Sequence record: DRR723986_3145
Direction: 5' to 3' (one strand)
DNA: 53,304 nucleotides
In this document: piece by piece, positions 28,412 through 37,141 of the stretch
Layout of the letters: each line of letters starts with the position of its first letter
Position numbering within the stretch: position 1 is the first letter of the stretch
Notes under the pieces: generated by a model
The model's input: the letters and a program-made list of their open reading frames with translations, nothing else
What the model was told of the DNA's origin: nothing
Database searches by the model: none
Position numbers and translations under genes: made by a program

Positions 28412-29401
28412 TTACAGCGCGCTGGTGTCGTAGTCCGAGTAGAACTGCGCGTACCACTTGCGGAACTTGGCAATCGGTCCATCGCCGTCGCACAGCACGG
28501 GCAGCGGGCGGTAGACCTTGTGCTCCCAGATCGGCTTGTCTTCCTCGAGCTGGCCGACGATATCGGCCACCAGTGCCGCATTGACCCCGCCGGACTTCAC
28601 CTCCCCGTTGACCTTGGGCTGGGTGAAAGCGAAGCGCAGCACCACGTTCTCGTCATCGATTGGCGTGGTCAGCCCCATCAGGAAGGTATCCGCGATGCCC
28701 TCGAACTTGGTGAATCCCTGGCCGGGTCCCATCGAACCCGTGTGAATGGCACCGTCGACCTCGCCCCGGGGGGTGGGCATTTTGGCCCGCTGGATCCCGC
28801 TGGAGCGGGGGCCGTCATAGGTCGTCTCCCATTCGGGCAGGTTGGCAGTGCGGTGCACGTAGAGAAAGTGCGCCGGATCAGCGGCATTCTCGGCCATTTC
28901 CTGGGGATGCGTGGCCAGTTCCCACTCAAAGCGCTGCAGGGGCGCCCAGTCATCGGAGTTGGCCTCCTCGTGGGTAATCACGTCCCACAGGGGCGCCTCG
29001 CCCTGGGGGTGATACCAGGCCCAGATCACCTGATTGGTCTCGGTGACCGGAAAGGACGCCAGGCATTTCTGGTCGCGGACCTTGGGCGGCATATTGCGGG
29101 CATAGGGTACTTCCGTACACTCGCCGTCGCCGTTGAACTTCCAGGCATGGAAGGGGCAGACGATCGACTCGCCCTCAATCCGGCCTCCGCGACCGCTGTT
29201 TTCATGGATACCGTAACCCAGGTGGGCGCCCAGATGCGGGCAGTAGGCATCCAGCAGGCAGGCCCGCCCGGACTCGGTGCGAAACAGCACCAGTTCCTTG
29301 TTGAAGTAGTGAACCGGCTTCGAATCCCCGACGCCGAGTTCATCACTGTAGCCGACCGCGTACCAGCCGTGCGGGATAGGCATTGGATAACGCTTGCTCA
29401 T
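28412..29401 (-). CDS. Rieske non-heme iron oxygenase (KshA/Neverland-like)
   Basis: CPHLGAHL...CPFHAW Rieske motif; ENAADPAHFLYVH iron site; DKPIWEHK; CDGDGPI..FRKWY.QFY. Confidence 0.9.
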   Translation of the reverse strand: MSKRYPMPIPHGWYAVGYSDELGVGDSKPVHYFNKELVLFRTESGRACLLDAYCPHLGAHLGYGIHENSGRGGRIEGESIVCPFHAWKFNGDGECTEVPYARNMPPKVRDQKCLASFPVTETNQVIWAWYHPQGEAPLWDVITHEEANSDDWAPLQRFEWELATHPQEMAENAADPAHFLYVHRTANLPEWETTYDGPRSSGIQRAKMPTPRGEVDGAIHTGSMGPGQGFTKFEGIADTFLMGLTTPIDDENVVLRFAFTQPKVNGEVKSGGVNAALVADIVGQLEEDKPIWEHKVYRPLPVLCDGDGPIAKFRKWYAQFYSDYDTSAL

Positions 29402-29546
29402 GGTCTGGACCCCTGTCTGTCGAGCCCGTGGCATACGGACTTCACTGGCTCGCACATTACTACGCAGGGGTATCGATTCAATGACCAATAACGTCAATCA
29501 GACTTGCAAAATGCGCCATAGACCAGGTTTTGTCCGGTTTCGCCAG

Positions 29547-30923
29547 TCAGGCAAGGAGCAGGTAACAGACCGATGAGATCACCGCCACGCCCAGCAGATT
29601 GAGCAGTACGCCCTCTCGCGCCATGGTGGCAATGGAGATCAGGCCGCTGCCGAACACCACCGAATTGGGGGCGGTCGCCACCGGCAGCATAAAGGCACAG
29701 CTGGCGCTCATTGCCGCCGGCACCATGAGCAGTTCGGGTGGCAGGTCGGCAGCGATGGCGGCGGCGGCCAGCACCGGCATCAGCAAAGTGGTGCTGGCGG
29801 TATTCGAGGTTGTCTCGGTCATGAAGGTCACCGTCAGGCAGACCAGCACGATCAGCAGCCACAGCGGCATATCGGTAAGCCCCGCCAGGCCCTGGCCAAT
29901 CAGCTCGCTGAGGCCTGAACTGACAAAACCCTTGGCCAGGCAGATACCACCGGAAAACAGCAGCAGCACCCCCCAGGGAATGGCGCTGGCCCGCTCCCAG
30001 TCCAGCAGGCGGCCGCCGCGGCCGTTAGGTACCAGGCACATGACCACTACCGCCAGCAGGGCCACCGAGGCGTCATTGGCCCAGGGGATATCTAACCACT
30101 GCTTCCAGCCGCCGAAGGGCTCGCTGCGGGTTATCCAGGCCAGGGCCGTGAGCGCGAACACCACCATCACCCGGCGCTCCTCGGTGCGCCAGGCCCCAAC
30201 CTCGGGCAGGGTGATTGCCAGCGAACCCCCGACCTTCCTGGTCAGGAGAAAGGCCATCGCCGGCACCATGATCAGCACCACCGGCACGCCCCAGCTCATC
30301 CACTGGGTGAAGCTCACACTGCGCCCGGTGTACTGCTCGAAGACCTGCATGAAGATGAGGTTGGGTGGGGTCCCGATGGGGGTTCCCAGGCCGCCGACAC
30401 TGGCGGCGTAGGCCACCCCGAGTAGCAGGGGTACCGCCAGGCGGCTGCGATCCTCGGTGGCATCCAGTACCGCCAGGGCGACCGGCAGCAGCATCAGGGT
30501 GGTCGCCGTGTTGGAAATCCACATGCTCAACACCGCCGCCGCCGCCATGAACCCCAGCACCAGCCGGCGCGGGCTCTCGGCACCAAACAGGTTGACCATC
30601 CCCAGCGCAATCCGGCGATGGGCCCCCGAGTGCTCCATCGCCTTGGACAGCAGGAAGCCGCCAAGCAGGAGCAGGATCAGCGGTGAGCCGTAGGCCTCGC
30701 CGACCTCTGCCGGCGTCAGCACCCCGAGTAGCGGCAGTACCGCCAGGGGGATCAGGGAGGTTACCGGAATGGGTATGGGCTCAAAGACCCACCAGACTAC
30801 ACAGATCGTGGCGACCGCTACGACGATCGCCATGTCCCGCTCATAGCCCAGCGCGCTGACCCAGGCCGCGAGCGCCAGGGCCAGGATCGGCCCGATCCAT
30901 AGCGCGAGTGTGCGTACCGGCAT
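29547..30923 (-). CDS. SLC13/DASS anion:Na+ symporter
   Basis: SMWISNTAT, GTPIGTPPN, SNTAS, FMLPVATAPN. Confidence 0.95.
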   Translation of the reverse strand: MPVRTLALWIGPILALALAAWVSALGYERDMAIVVAVATICVVWWVFEPIPIPVTSLIPLAVLPLLGVLTPAEVGEAYGSPLILLLLGGFLLSKAMEHSGAHRRIALGMVNLFGAESPRRLVLGFMAAAAVLSMWISNTATTLMLLPVALAVLDATEDRSRLAVPLLLGVAYAASVGGLGTPIGTPPNLIFMQVFEQYTGRSVSFTQWMSWGVPVVLIMVPAMAFLLTRKVGGSLAITLPEVGAWRTEERRVMVVFALTALAWITRSEPFGGWKQWLDIPWANDASVALLAVVVMCLVPNGRGGRLLDWERASAIPWGVLLLFSGGICLAKGFVSSGLSELIGQGLAGLTDMPLWLLIVLVCLTVTFMTETTSNTASTTLLMPVLAAAAIAADLPPELLMVPAAMSASCAFMLPVATAPNSVVFGSGLISIATMAREGVLLNLLGVAVISSVCYLLLA

Positions 30924-32014
30924 CAGGGTCGGGCCAGCCCGGCCGCAGGAACCTTGATGATCCGATCGCCGATAAATGAGCCGATATACAGCCAGGGGCC
31001 GTGCTGCAGCGCCACCGTCCCTGCGCCCATCGGCGGGCCCTCCCGGGACAACACGGTGACGGCCTCCAGGCTGTCCGGGTCAATGGCAATCACCTCGAAC
31101 GCCAGTTCACTGGGCTGCTCGTGACCCTGCTCGAGGGCCTGCAGCAGGTCCAGCACGCCAACGGGGTGGGACGCCACCAGCAGCTGCCCATCCTCGGTCC
31201 AGGCACTGTTGTCCGGCTGTTGAACCGCCACCTCTCCCAGCAGCGCGCCGTCGGGCAGGCTGTGCCAGCGGACCCGGTCGCCAAAATATTCATTCAGGTA
31301 GTAACTGCCCCCGTCTGCGGCCACGGTAATGCCATTCGGCAGCCGTCCCTCGCTGCCAGGCATGACGCTGAACCCGCTGCCGGGTAGCCAGCGATAAACA
31401 TAGCCGGTGTCGATACCGACCAGGGCCTGGACAAGGCGCAGCAGGCGATAATCCGCGTCCGCCATATGGGTGACCAGGAAAGCACCGTCGTCCAGGCCAG
31501 CTACATCGTTGAACTGGGCCAGTGGCGGCGCCTCGACGCAACCGCGCCAGACCGCTTCCAGATGTTCATCGCCTGTGTAACGGAGCTCCAGGAATTCCAC
31601 GGACTCGCGCGCCTGGTGATTGACCACCAGCAGCTGCCAGCGACCATCCGGGCGCGAGCGCACGTCGATCCCGTGGGCCAGCAGCTGTTGGTCCCGGAGC
31701 GCCGGGCAGGCGGGATCACCCCAGCCTGATTCCGGCTCGATCCGCCGAAGCTCCCCGGCAAACAAAGGGCGCACACTGTCATCGGCGGGGTCCAGCAGGA
31801 ACAGCCCGCCGGGCGCTTCCATCGAGCCAAACACGAGGAAGCGGTTGTCCGGCGTGCGCTCGATATCCTCCGGTGCGACCAGGCCGCAGATCGACTGGAT
31901 GCCCTCTACCGGGGCACAGGATGTGGCGTCGGCATGCGCGGCCTGCGATAGCTGGCCGACCAGGGCAGCCAGCAGCAGGCAGCGGGCGAAAACGGCAAGG
32001 CGCTCGGTGATCAC
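30923..32014 (-). CDS. Secreted beta-propeller arylesterase/lactonase (PON/SMP-30-like)
   Basis: Signal peptide; PEDI, HGID, VVNH...ESVE, FNDV, PNGI, PDN; GTG start after AAGGAG. Confidence 0.82.
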   Translation of the reverse strand: MITERLAVFARCLLLAALVGQLSQAAHADATSCAPVEGIQSICGLVAPEDIERTPDNRFLVFGSMEAPGGLFLLDPADDSVRPLFAGELRRIEPESGWGDPACPALRDQQLLAHGIDVRSRPDGRWQLLVVNHQARESVEFLELRYTGDEHLEAVWRGCVEAPPLAQFNDVAGLDDGAFLVTHMADADYRLLRLVQALVGIDTGYVYRWLPGSGFSVMPGSEGRLPNGITVAADGGSYYLNEYFGDRVRWHSLPDGALLGEVAVQQPDNSAWTEDGQLLVASHPVGVLDLLQALEQGHEQPSELAFEVIAIDPDSLEAVTVLSREGPPMGAGTVALQHGPWLYIGSFIGDRIIKVPAAGLARP

Positions 32015-32125
32015 GTCGTACTCCTTCAACAACTGGCCACATCCTGTCGTAGCGGGCACGCCCTGTAAAGCCACTGCCGCGGGTACTGGCTCCGGCACCC
32101 GGAACCCACTAGACTCGGAGCCGAT

Positions 32126-33133
32126 ATGGAACCGATGCCCGATACATTACTGGACCAGTTCGGCCGCAAGGTGGATTACCTGCGGCTCTCGGTCACCGAT
32201 CGCTGTGACTTCCGCTGTGTCTACTGCATGGCCGAAGACATGCAGTTCGTGCCCAAGCCCCAGGTACTCACCCTGGAGGAGTTGTTCCAGGTCGCCCAGG
32301 CCTTCACCGAGCTGGGAGTGCGCAAGATCCGCCTGACCGGCGGCGAACCGCTGGTGCGCAACAACATCATGTCGCTGGTCACACAACTCGGCCAGCTGCC
32401 CGGACTCGACGAACTGGTCATGACCACCAACGGCTCGCAACTTCAGCGCCTGGCGCTGCCGCTGCGGGAAGCGGGTATGCGCAGGATAAATATCAGCCTG
32501 GACAGCCTGGAGCCGCGCAAATTCCGCCACCTCACCCGCTACGGCAATCTCGAGCAGGTGATTGCCGGCATCGACGCCGCCTGCGCGGCCGGGTTCGAGC
32601 GCATCAAACTGAACGCCGTGATCCTGCGCGGGCGCAACGAGGATGAAGTCCTCGACCTGGTGGACTTCGCCCGGGCGCGCGCCATCGACATCGCCTTCAT
32701 CGAGGAGATGCCGCTCGGACAGATCAGTGAACACGATCGCGGACTGAGCCTGTGCACCAGCGCGGAGCTGCAGGAGATGATCAGCCGCCGCTATCCACTG
32801 GAGCCGCTGGGCGAGCCGTCGGGGAACGCGGGACCGGCGCGCTACTTCCGCATGCCGGACAGCGCCTCGCGAGTCGGCTTCATTTCCCCGCACAGCAACA
32901 ATTTCTGCCACCTGTGCAACCGGGTGCGGCTTACCGTCGAGGGCCGCCTGCTACTTTGCCTGGGCAACGAACACGCGGTTGACCTGCGCGCCTTGCTGCG
33001 GCGCCCGGATGCCAGCATGGATCGGCTCAAACGCGCGATCGTCGCGGCGATGGCCAGCAAGCCGGAACGCCACCATTTCGACAATGCTGCCGAGCCCGAG
33101 ATTCTCCGCTTCATGAACATGACCGGGGGCTGA
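32126..33133 (+). CDS. moaA: GTP 3',8-cyclase MoaA
   Basis: CDFRCVYC radical SAM motif, FCHLCNRVR...LCL, C-terminal MTGG. Confidence 0.97.
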   Translation: MEPMPDTLLDQFGRKVDYLRLSVTDRCDFRCVYCMAEDMQFVPKPQVLTLEELFQVAQAFTELGVRKIRLTGGEPLVRNNIMSLVTQLGQLPGLDELVMTTNGSQLQRLALPLREAGMRRINISLDSLEPRKFRHLTRYGNLEQVIAGIDAACAAGFERIKLNAVILRGRNEDEVLDLVDFARARAIDIAFIEEMPLGQISEHDRGLSLCTSAELQEMISRRYPLEPLGEPSGNAGPARYFRMPDSASRVGFISPHSNNFCHLCNRVRLTVEGRLLLCLGNEHAVDLRALLRRPDASMDRLKRAIVAAMASKPERHHFDNAAEPEILRFMNMTGG

Positions 33134-33208
33134 GCCGAGCGGCCACTGCACCCGGGAAAGCACCGCACAGCTGGCGTACAATGTCCGCCGACCACACGAG
33201 GTACCACC

Positions 33209-34180
33209 GTGAATACCAATAACTTTCCGCAGCTCGCTTCGGTCGAGGTGATCGAACAGGGTTTTGAATCATTCGGCTATATCTGTAGCCCGAAGATCGC
33301 CACAGCTGTGTATCTGGCATTCCAGCTGCGCAAACCCATCCTGGTCGAAGGCCCACCCGGGGTCGGCAAGACCGAGCTGGCCAAGACCACCGCCGAACTG
33401 CTTGACCTGCCACTGATCCGGCTGCAGTGCTACGAGGGGCTCGACGAGGCGAAGGCGCTGTACGAATGGAAGTACGGCAAGCAGCTGCTTTACACCCAGG
33501 TCCTCAAGGAAAAGCTCGGCGACCTGCTGCATGGCGCTCGCGGCCTGGCGGAGTCCGTGGAGCGGCTGCACCAGTTCGGCGACATCTTCTACTCCGAGGA
33601 TTTTCTCGAACCGCGCCCCCTGCTCAAGGCAATGCAGCAGGACAAGGGCGCTATCCTGCTGATCGACGAGGTGGACAAGTCCGACTACGAGTTCGAATCA
33701 CTGCTGCTGGAAATCCTCTCCGACTACCAGGTTTCGATTCCCGAAATCGGCACGGTGAAGGCCCGTACCTCACCCATGGTGTTCCTGACCAGCAACAACA
33801 CCCGGGACCTCTCAGACGCACTCAAGCGGCGCTGCCTGCACCTGTACATTCCCTTCCCGACCGTGGAACTGGAGGAGCGGATCGTGCGCAGCCGGGTGCC
33901 GGATGTCGATGAGCACCTGCGCCACCAGCTGGTGGAATTCGTGCATTCGCTGCGGGAACTCGACCTGAAAAAAACCCCGGCCATTTCGGAGACCATCGAC
34001 TGGGCGCGCAGCCTGCTATTGCTGCACGCGGAACAGCTCGACGAGGAACTGGTGCGCGCGACCCTCAATGTCCTGCTCAAGTTCGAGGACGACATCCAGA
34101 ACACCGAGCCCGAGCTGCGCGCCATGTTGCGCACCGCCAGCCGGGAGGAGCGTGCAGCACTCGGCAGCGGCGGCAGCTGA
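33209..34180 (+). CDS. MoxR family AAA+ ATPase (CoxD-like)
   Basis: EGPPGVGKT, RLQCYEGLDEAKALYEW, LIDEVDK, LSDALKRRC, ISETIDW. Confidence 0.93.
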   Translation: MNTNNFPQLASVEVIEQGFESFGYICSPKIATAVYLAFQLRKPILVEGPPGVGKTELAKTTAELLDLPLIRLQCYEGLDEAKALYEWKYGKQLLYTQVLKEKLGDLLHGARGLAESVERLHQFGDIFYSEDFLEPRPLLKAMQQDKGAILLIDEVDKSDYEFESLLLEILSDYQVSIPEIGTVKARTSPMVFLTSNNTRDLSDALKRRCLHLYIPFPTVELEERIVRSRVPDVDEHLRHQLVEFVHSLRELDLKKTPAISETIDWARSLLLLHAEQLDEELVRATLNVLLKFEDDIQNTEPELRAMLRTASREERAALGSGGS

Positions 34181-34189
34181 GGCGGGCCC

Positions 34190-35617
34190 ATGCCGCAGAT
34201 GCAGTCAAACCTGGTCAGTTTTATCAACGTCCTGCGCAGTCACGATGTGCGGATATCTCCGGCGGAAACCCTGGACGCCATGGACGTGGCGACCACCCTC
34301 GGTTATGCCGACCGGACCCTGCTGCGCGATGGCCTGGCAATGGCGCTGGCGAAATCGCCGCGGGAAGAGGCCGTGTTCCTGCAGTGTTTCGATCGTTTCT
34401 TTCGCCATGAACTGGCCGATTTCGCCGCCGCCAACGAGACTGCCGAGGAGCAGCAGGAGTCCGCCGGGGACAACGGCGACCCGCCCCCCCCGGGCGGTGG
34501 CGCTGCCGGCGGTGGCGGCAGCCCCCTGGCCGAGGCAACGGCGGAGTCCCCCGAACTGCAGGCCTTGATGGCATCGGACCTGATGCAGAACCTGCTGAAC
34601 AACGACCGCAATGCCCTTAGCCTCGCCATGAGCCAGGCGGCGGACAAGGTCGGCCTGAAGCAGATCGAAATGTTCACCCAGAAGGGCCAGTTCACCCGCA
34701 AGATTCTGGACGAGCTGGGTGAAGCCCATATCCGCCAGGCTGTCATCGAGCTGGAGCAGGCCGGCAGCCCCGCCCTGGACGAGCTGCGGCGCTACCGCGA
34801 CATCCTGCGGGAGCAGGTGCGGGACCTGGTGGACCGGGAATACCTGCTGCATGCCGAAGGCCGCAACAAGCAGTTTATGGATGACATCCTGAGCAAGACG
34901 CGGCTGAACAATATCGAGCGCCATTACCAGCAGCGGGTACAGGAGCTGGTCCAGCGCATGGCGCGTAAGCTCGCCGCGCGCTACGGGCGCAAACGCCGGA
35001 CCACCCGTCGCGGCCAGCTGAATATGGGCAAAACCCTGCGCTCCGGGGTGGCCAATGACGGCGTGCTGTTCAACACCTACTGGCGCCAGGTACACCGCAA
35101 CAAGCCGCAGATACTCGCGGTCTGCGATGTCAGCGGTTCCGTGGCGGCCTATGCGAAATTCCTGCTGATGTTCCTGTACAGCCTGCAGGACGTCCTGCCC
35201 AAGGTGCGCAGCTTCGCTTTCTCCAGTCATCTCGGGGAGGTCAGCGACCTGTTCCAGCAACACCCGGTGGAGCGCGCCATCGAACTGGTCAACTGGCAGT
35301 ACGGCGGTGCTACGGACTATGGCGGCAGCCTGGAGGACTTCGCGCGCCTGGCGCTGGACGACATCAACAGCAGCACCACCGTGATTATTCTCGGCGATGC
35401 CCGCAACAACCGGGGCAATCCACGCCTGGACATCATGCAAAACGTCTACCAGCGCAGCAAACAGGTGATCTGGCTGAACCCCGAATCGCGCCGTGCCTGG
35501 GGCACCGGGGACTCGGAGATGCCGCGCTACCAGAGTACCTGTCATTTTACTGCCGAGTGCAATAACCTGAAGCAACTCGAACGTATCGTCGACCAGTTAC
35601 TGAGAAGCACCCGCTAA
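34190..35617 (+). CDS. VWA domain protein (CoxE-like)
   Basis: MIDAS CDVSGS, GATDYG, ILGDARNN, WLNPE. Confidence 0.92.
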   Translation: MPQMQSNLVSFINVLRSHDVRISPAETLDAMDVATTLGYADRTLLRDGLAMALAKSPREEAVFLQCFDRFFRHELADFAAANETAEEQQESAGDNGDPPPPGGGAAGGGGSPLAEATAESPELQALMASDLMQNLLNNDRNALSLAMSQAADKVGLKQIEMFTQKGQFTRKILDELGEAHIRQAVIELEQAGSPALDELRRYRDILREQVRDLVDREYLLHAEGRNKQFMDDILSKTRLNNIERHYQQRVQELVQRMARKLAARYGRKRRTTRRGQLNMGKTLRSGVANDGVLFNTYWRQVHRNKPQILAVCDVSGSVAAYAKFLLMFLYSLQDVLPKVRSFAFSSHLGEVSDLFQQHPVERAIELVNWQYGGATDYGGSLEDFARLALDDINSSTTVIILGDARNNRGNPRLDIMQNVYQRSKQVIWLNPESRRAWGTGDSEMPRYQSTCHFTAECNNLKQLERIVDQLLRSTR

Positions 35618-35623
35618 GCCAGG

Positions 35624-35824
35624 ATGACTTATTTCTGCCAGGACTGCAGCTATCGCGGCAAGACCGCCGGGCCCTCGGGCAACTGCCCGGCCTGCGGCTC
35701 ATTCGCCCTGGTCAGGGCAGAGCGCAAGGAGGAAACGCCACCGCCGAGCAAGACGCGGCTGGTCATCCTGGTGGTGCTGTGGGCAATCTTCCTGCTGCTG
35801 GTACTGAAAAAACTGGTCGAGTGA
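35624..35824 (+). CDS. Small zinc-ribbon membrane protein, hypothetical
   Basis: CQDC...CPAC plus C-terminal TM; 6 nt after the VWA gene. Confidence 0.72.
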   Translation: MTYFCQDCSYRGKTAGPSGNCPACGSFALVRAERKEETPPPSKTRLVILVVLWAIFLLLVLKKLVE

Positions 35825-35842
35825 ACCTTCGAACCGGATGAA

Positions 35843-36982
35843 CTAGCGGAAAACGGGCTCTTCCTCGTCATCCAGGGTCTGCAGGCTGAAGCCGCCAGCG
35901 CCGCCGCTATCCTCAACCCCACCCTCACGGGCAAACTTGATTTTCAAGCGAACGTTATTCGGCGAGTCGGCATTGCGCAGCGCTTCATCCTCGCTGATCA
36001 GGCCTTCCTGGAACAGCTCGAACAGGGCACTGTCGAAGGTCTTCATACCGATGTTTTCTGATTTCTGCATAACCTCCTTGATCCCGTCGATGTCGCCCTT
36101 GAGCACCAGGTCCGCCACCATCGGCGTGCCCAGCAGCACCTCTATCGCAGCGCAGCGTTTGCCATCCACGGTGGGAATGAGGCGCTGGGAGATAATGGAC
36201 TGGATGTTCAGCGACAGATCCATCAGCAGCTGGGGACGACGCTCCTCCGGGAAGAAGTTGATGATCCGGTCCAGCGCCTGGTTGGCGTTGTTGGCGTGCA
36301 GTGTGGAGATACACAGGTGTCCGGTCTCGGCGAAGGCAATGGCGTGCTCCATGGTCTCGCGATCGCGGATCTCGCCGATCAGGATCACATCCGGTGCCTG
36401 GCGCAGGGTATTTTTCAGCGCGTTGTGCCAGCTACGGGTATCCACCCCCACTTCCCGCTGGTTGACGATCGACTTCTTGTGATTGTGCACGTACTCCACC
36501 GGGTCCTCGATGGTGACGATGTGGCCACTGCTATTGGCATTGCGATAATCGATCAGGGCGGCCAGCGAGGTGGACTTGCCCGAGCCGGTAGCACCGACGA
36601 ACAGCACCAGCCCGCGCTTGCGCATCACCACGTCGGTCAGGATCTCCGGCAGGCGCAGGTCCTGCCAGTTGGGAATCTCGGCGACGATATTACGCGCCAC
36701 GATACCGACCTCGTTGCGCTGCATGAAAATGTTGACCCGGAACCGGCCGAAACCCGGGATAGACGTCGCCAGGTTCATTTCCAGTTCCTGCTCAAACTCC
36801 GCCCGCTGGGTATCATCCATGATCTCCCAGGCGATCTCCTTGATTTCGCCGGGCTTGAGGATATCCCCGGAGATCGGTTTCAACTGGCCCTGGAACTTGG
36901 CGCAGGGTGGTGCGCCGGTGCTCAGGTAAAGATCGGATCCATTCTCGGTTGCCAGTTGCTTGAGCCACTCGGTAATTCGCAC
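35843..36982 (-). CDS. pilU: PilT/PilU family type IV pilus ATPase (PilU-like)
   Basis: GATGSGKSTS, TIEDPVEY, LKNTLRQAPDVILIGEIRD, HANNANQALDRIINFFP. Confidence 0.92.
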   Translation of the reverse strand: MRITEWLKQLATENGSDLYLSTGAPPCAKFQGQLKPISGDILKPGEIKEIAWEIMDDTQRAEFEQELEMNLATSIPGFGRFRVNIFMQRNEVGIVARNIVAEIPNWQDLRLPEILTDVVMRKRGLVLFVGATGSGKSTSLAALIDYRNANSSGHIVTIEDPVEYVHNHKKSIVNQREVGVDTRSWHNALKNTLRQAPDVILIGEIRDRETMEHAIAFAETGHLCISTLHANNANQALDRIINFFPEERRPQLLMDLSLNIQSIISQRLIPTVDGKRCAAIEVLLGTPMVADLVLKGDIDGIKEVMQKSENIGMKTFDSALFELFQEGLISEDEALRNADSPNNVRLKIKFAREGGVEDSGGAGGFSLQTLDDEEEPVFR

Positions 36983-37141
36983 GCTTCGTCTCTCCCTTTA
37001 CTCGTACGCCGCTGCCGCAACGGATGCCGGATCTGCTGATCCGGATCGCAAGCGGTGCGGGAAACCCGCCCCTCGACCTCCGTCGAAGACTGTCTAAAGA
37101 GTATCAGCTTGGCGGGCGCGAACAAGAAGCAAGTGGGACTT

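Noticed and set aside
29503-29520. Minus-strand TGGCGC...TTGC as a sigma54 promoter for the Rieske gene
   Set aside because: Spacing between the GG and GC elements is 2 nt too short
34484-34491. C8 homopolymer in the VWA gene (phase variation)
   Set aside because: In frame, encodes a Pro-rich linker, and is short for a GC-rich genome
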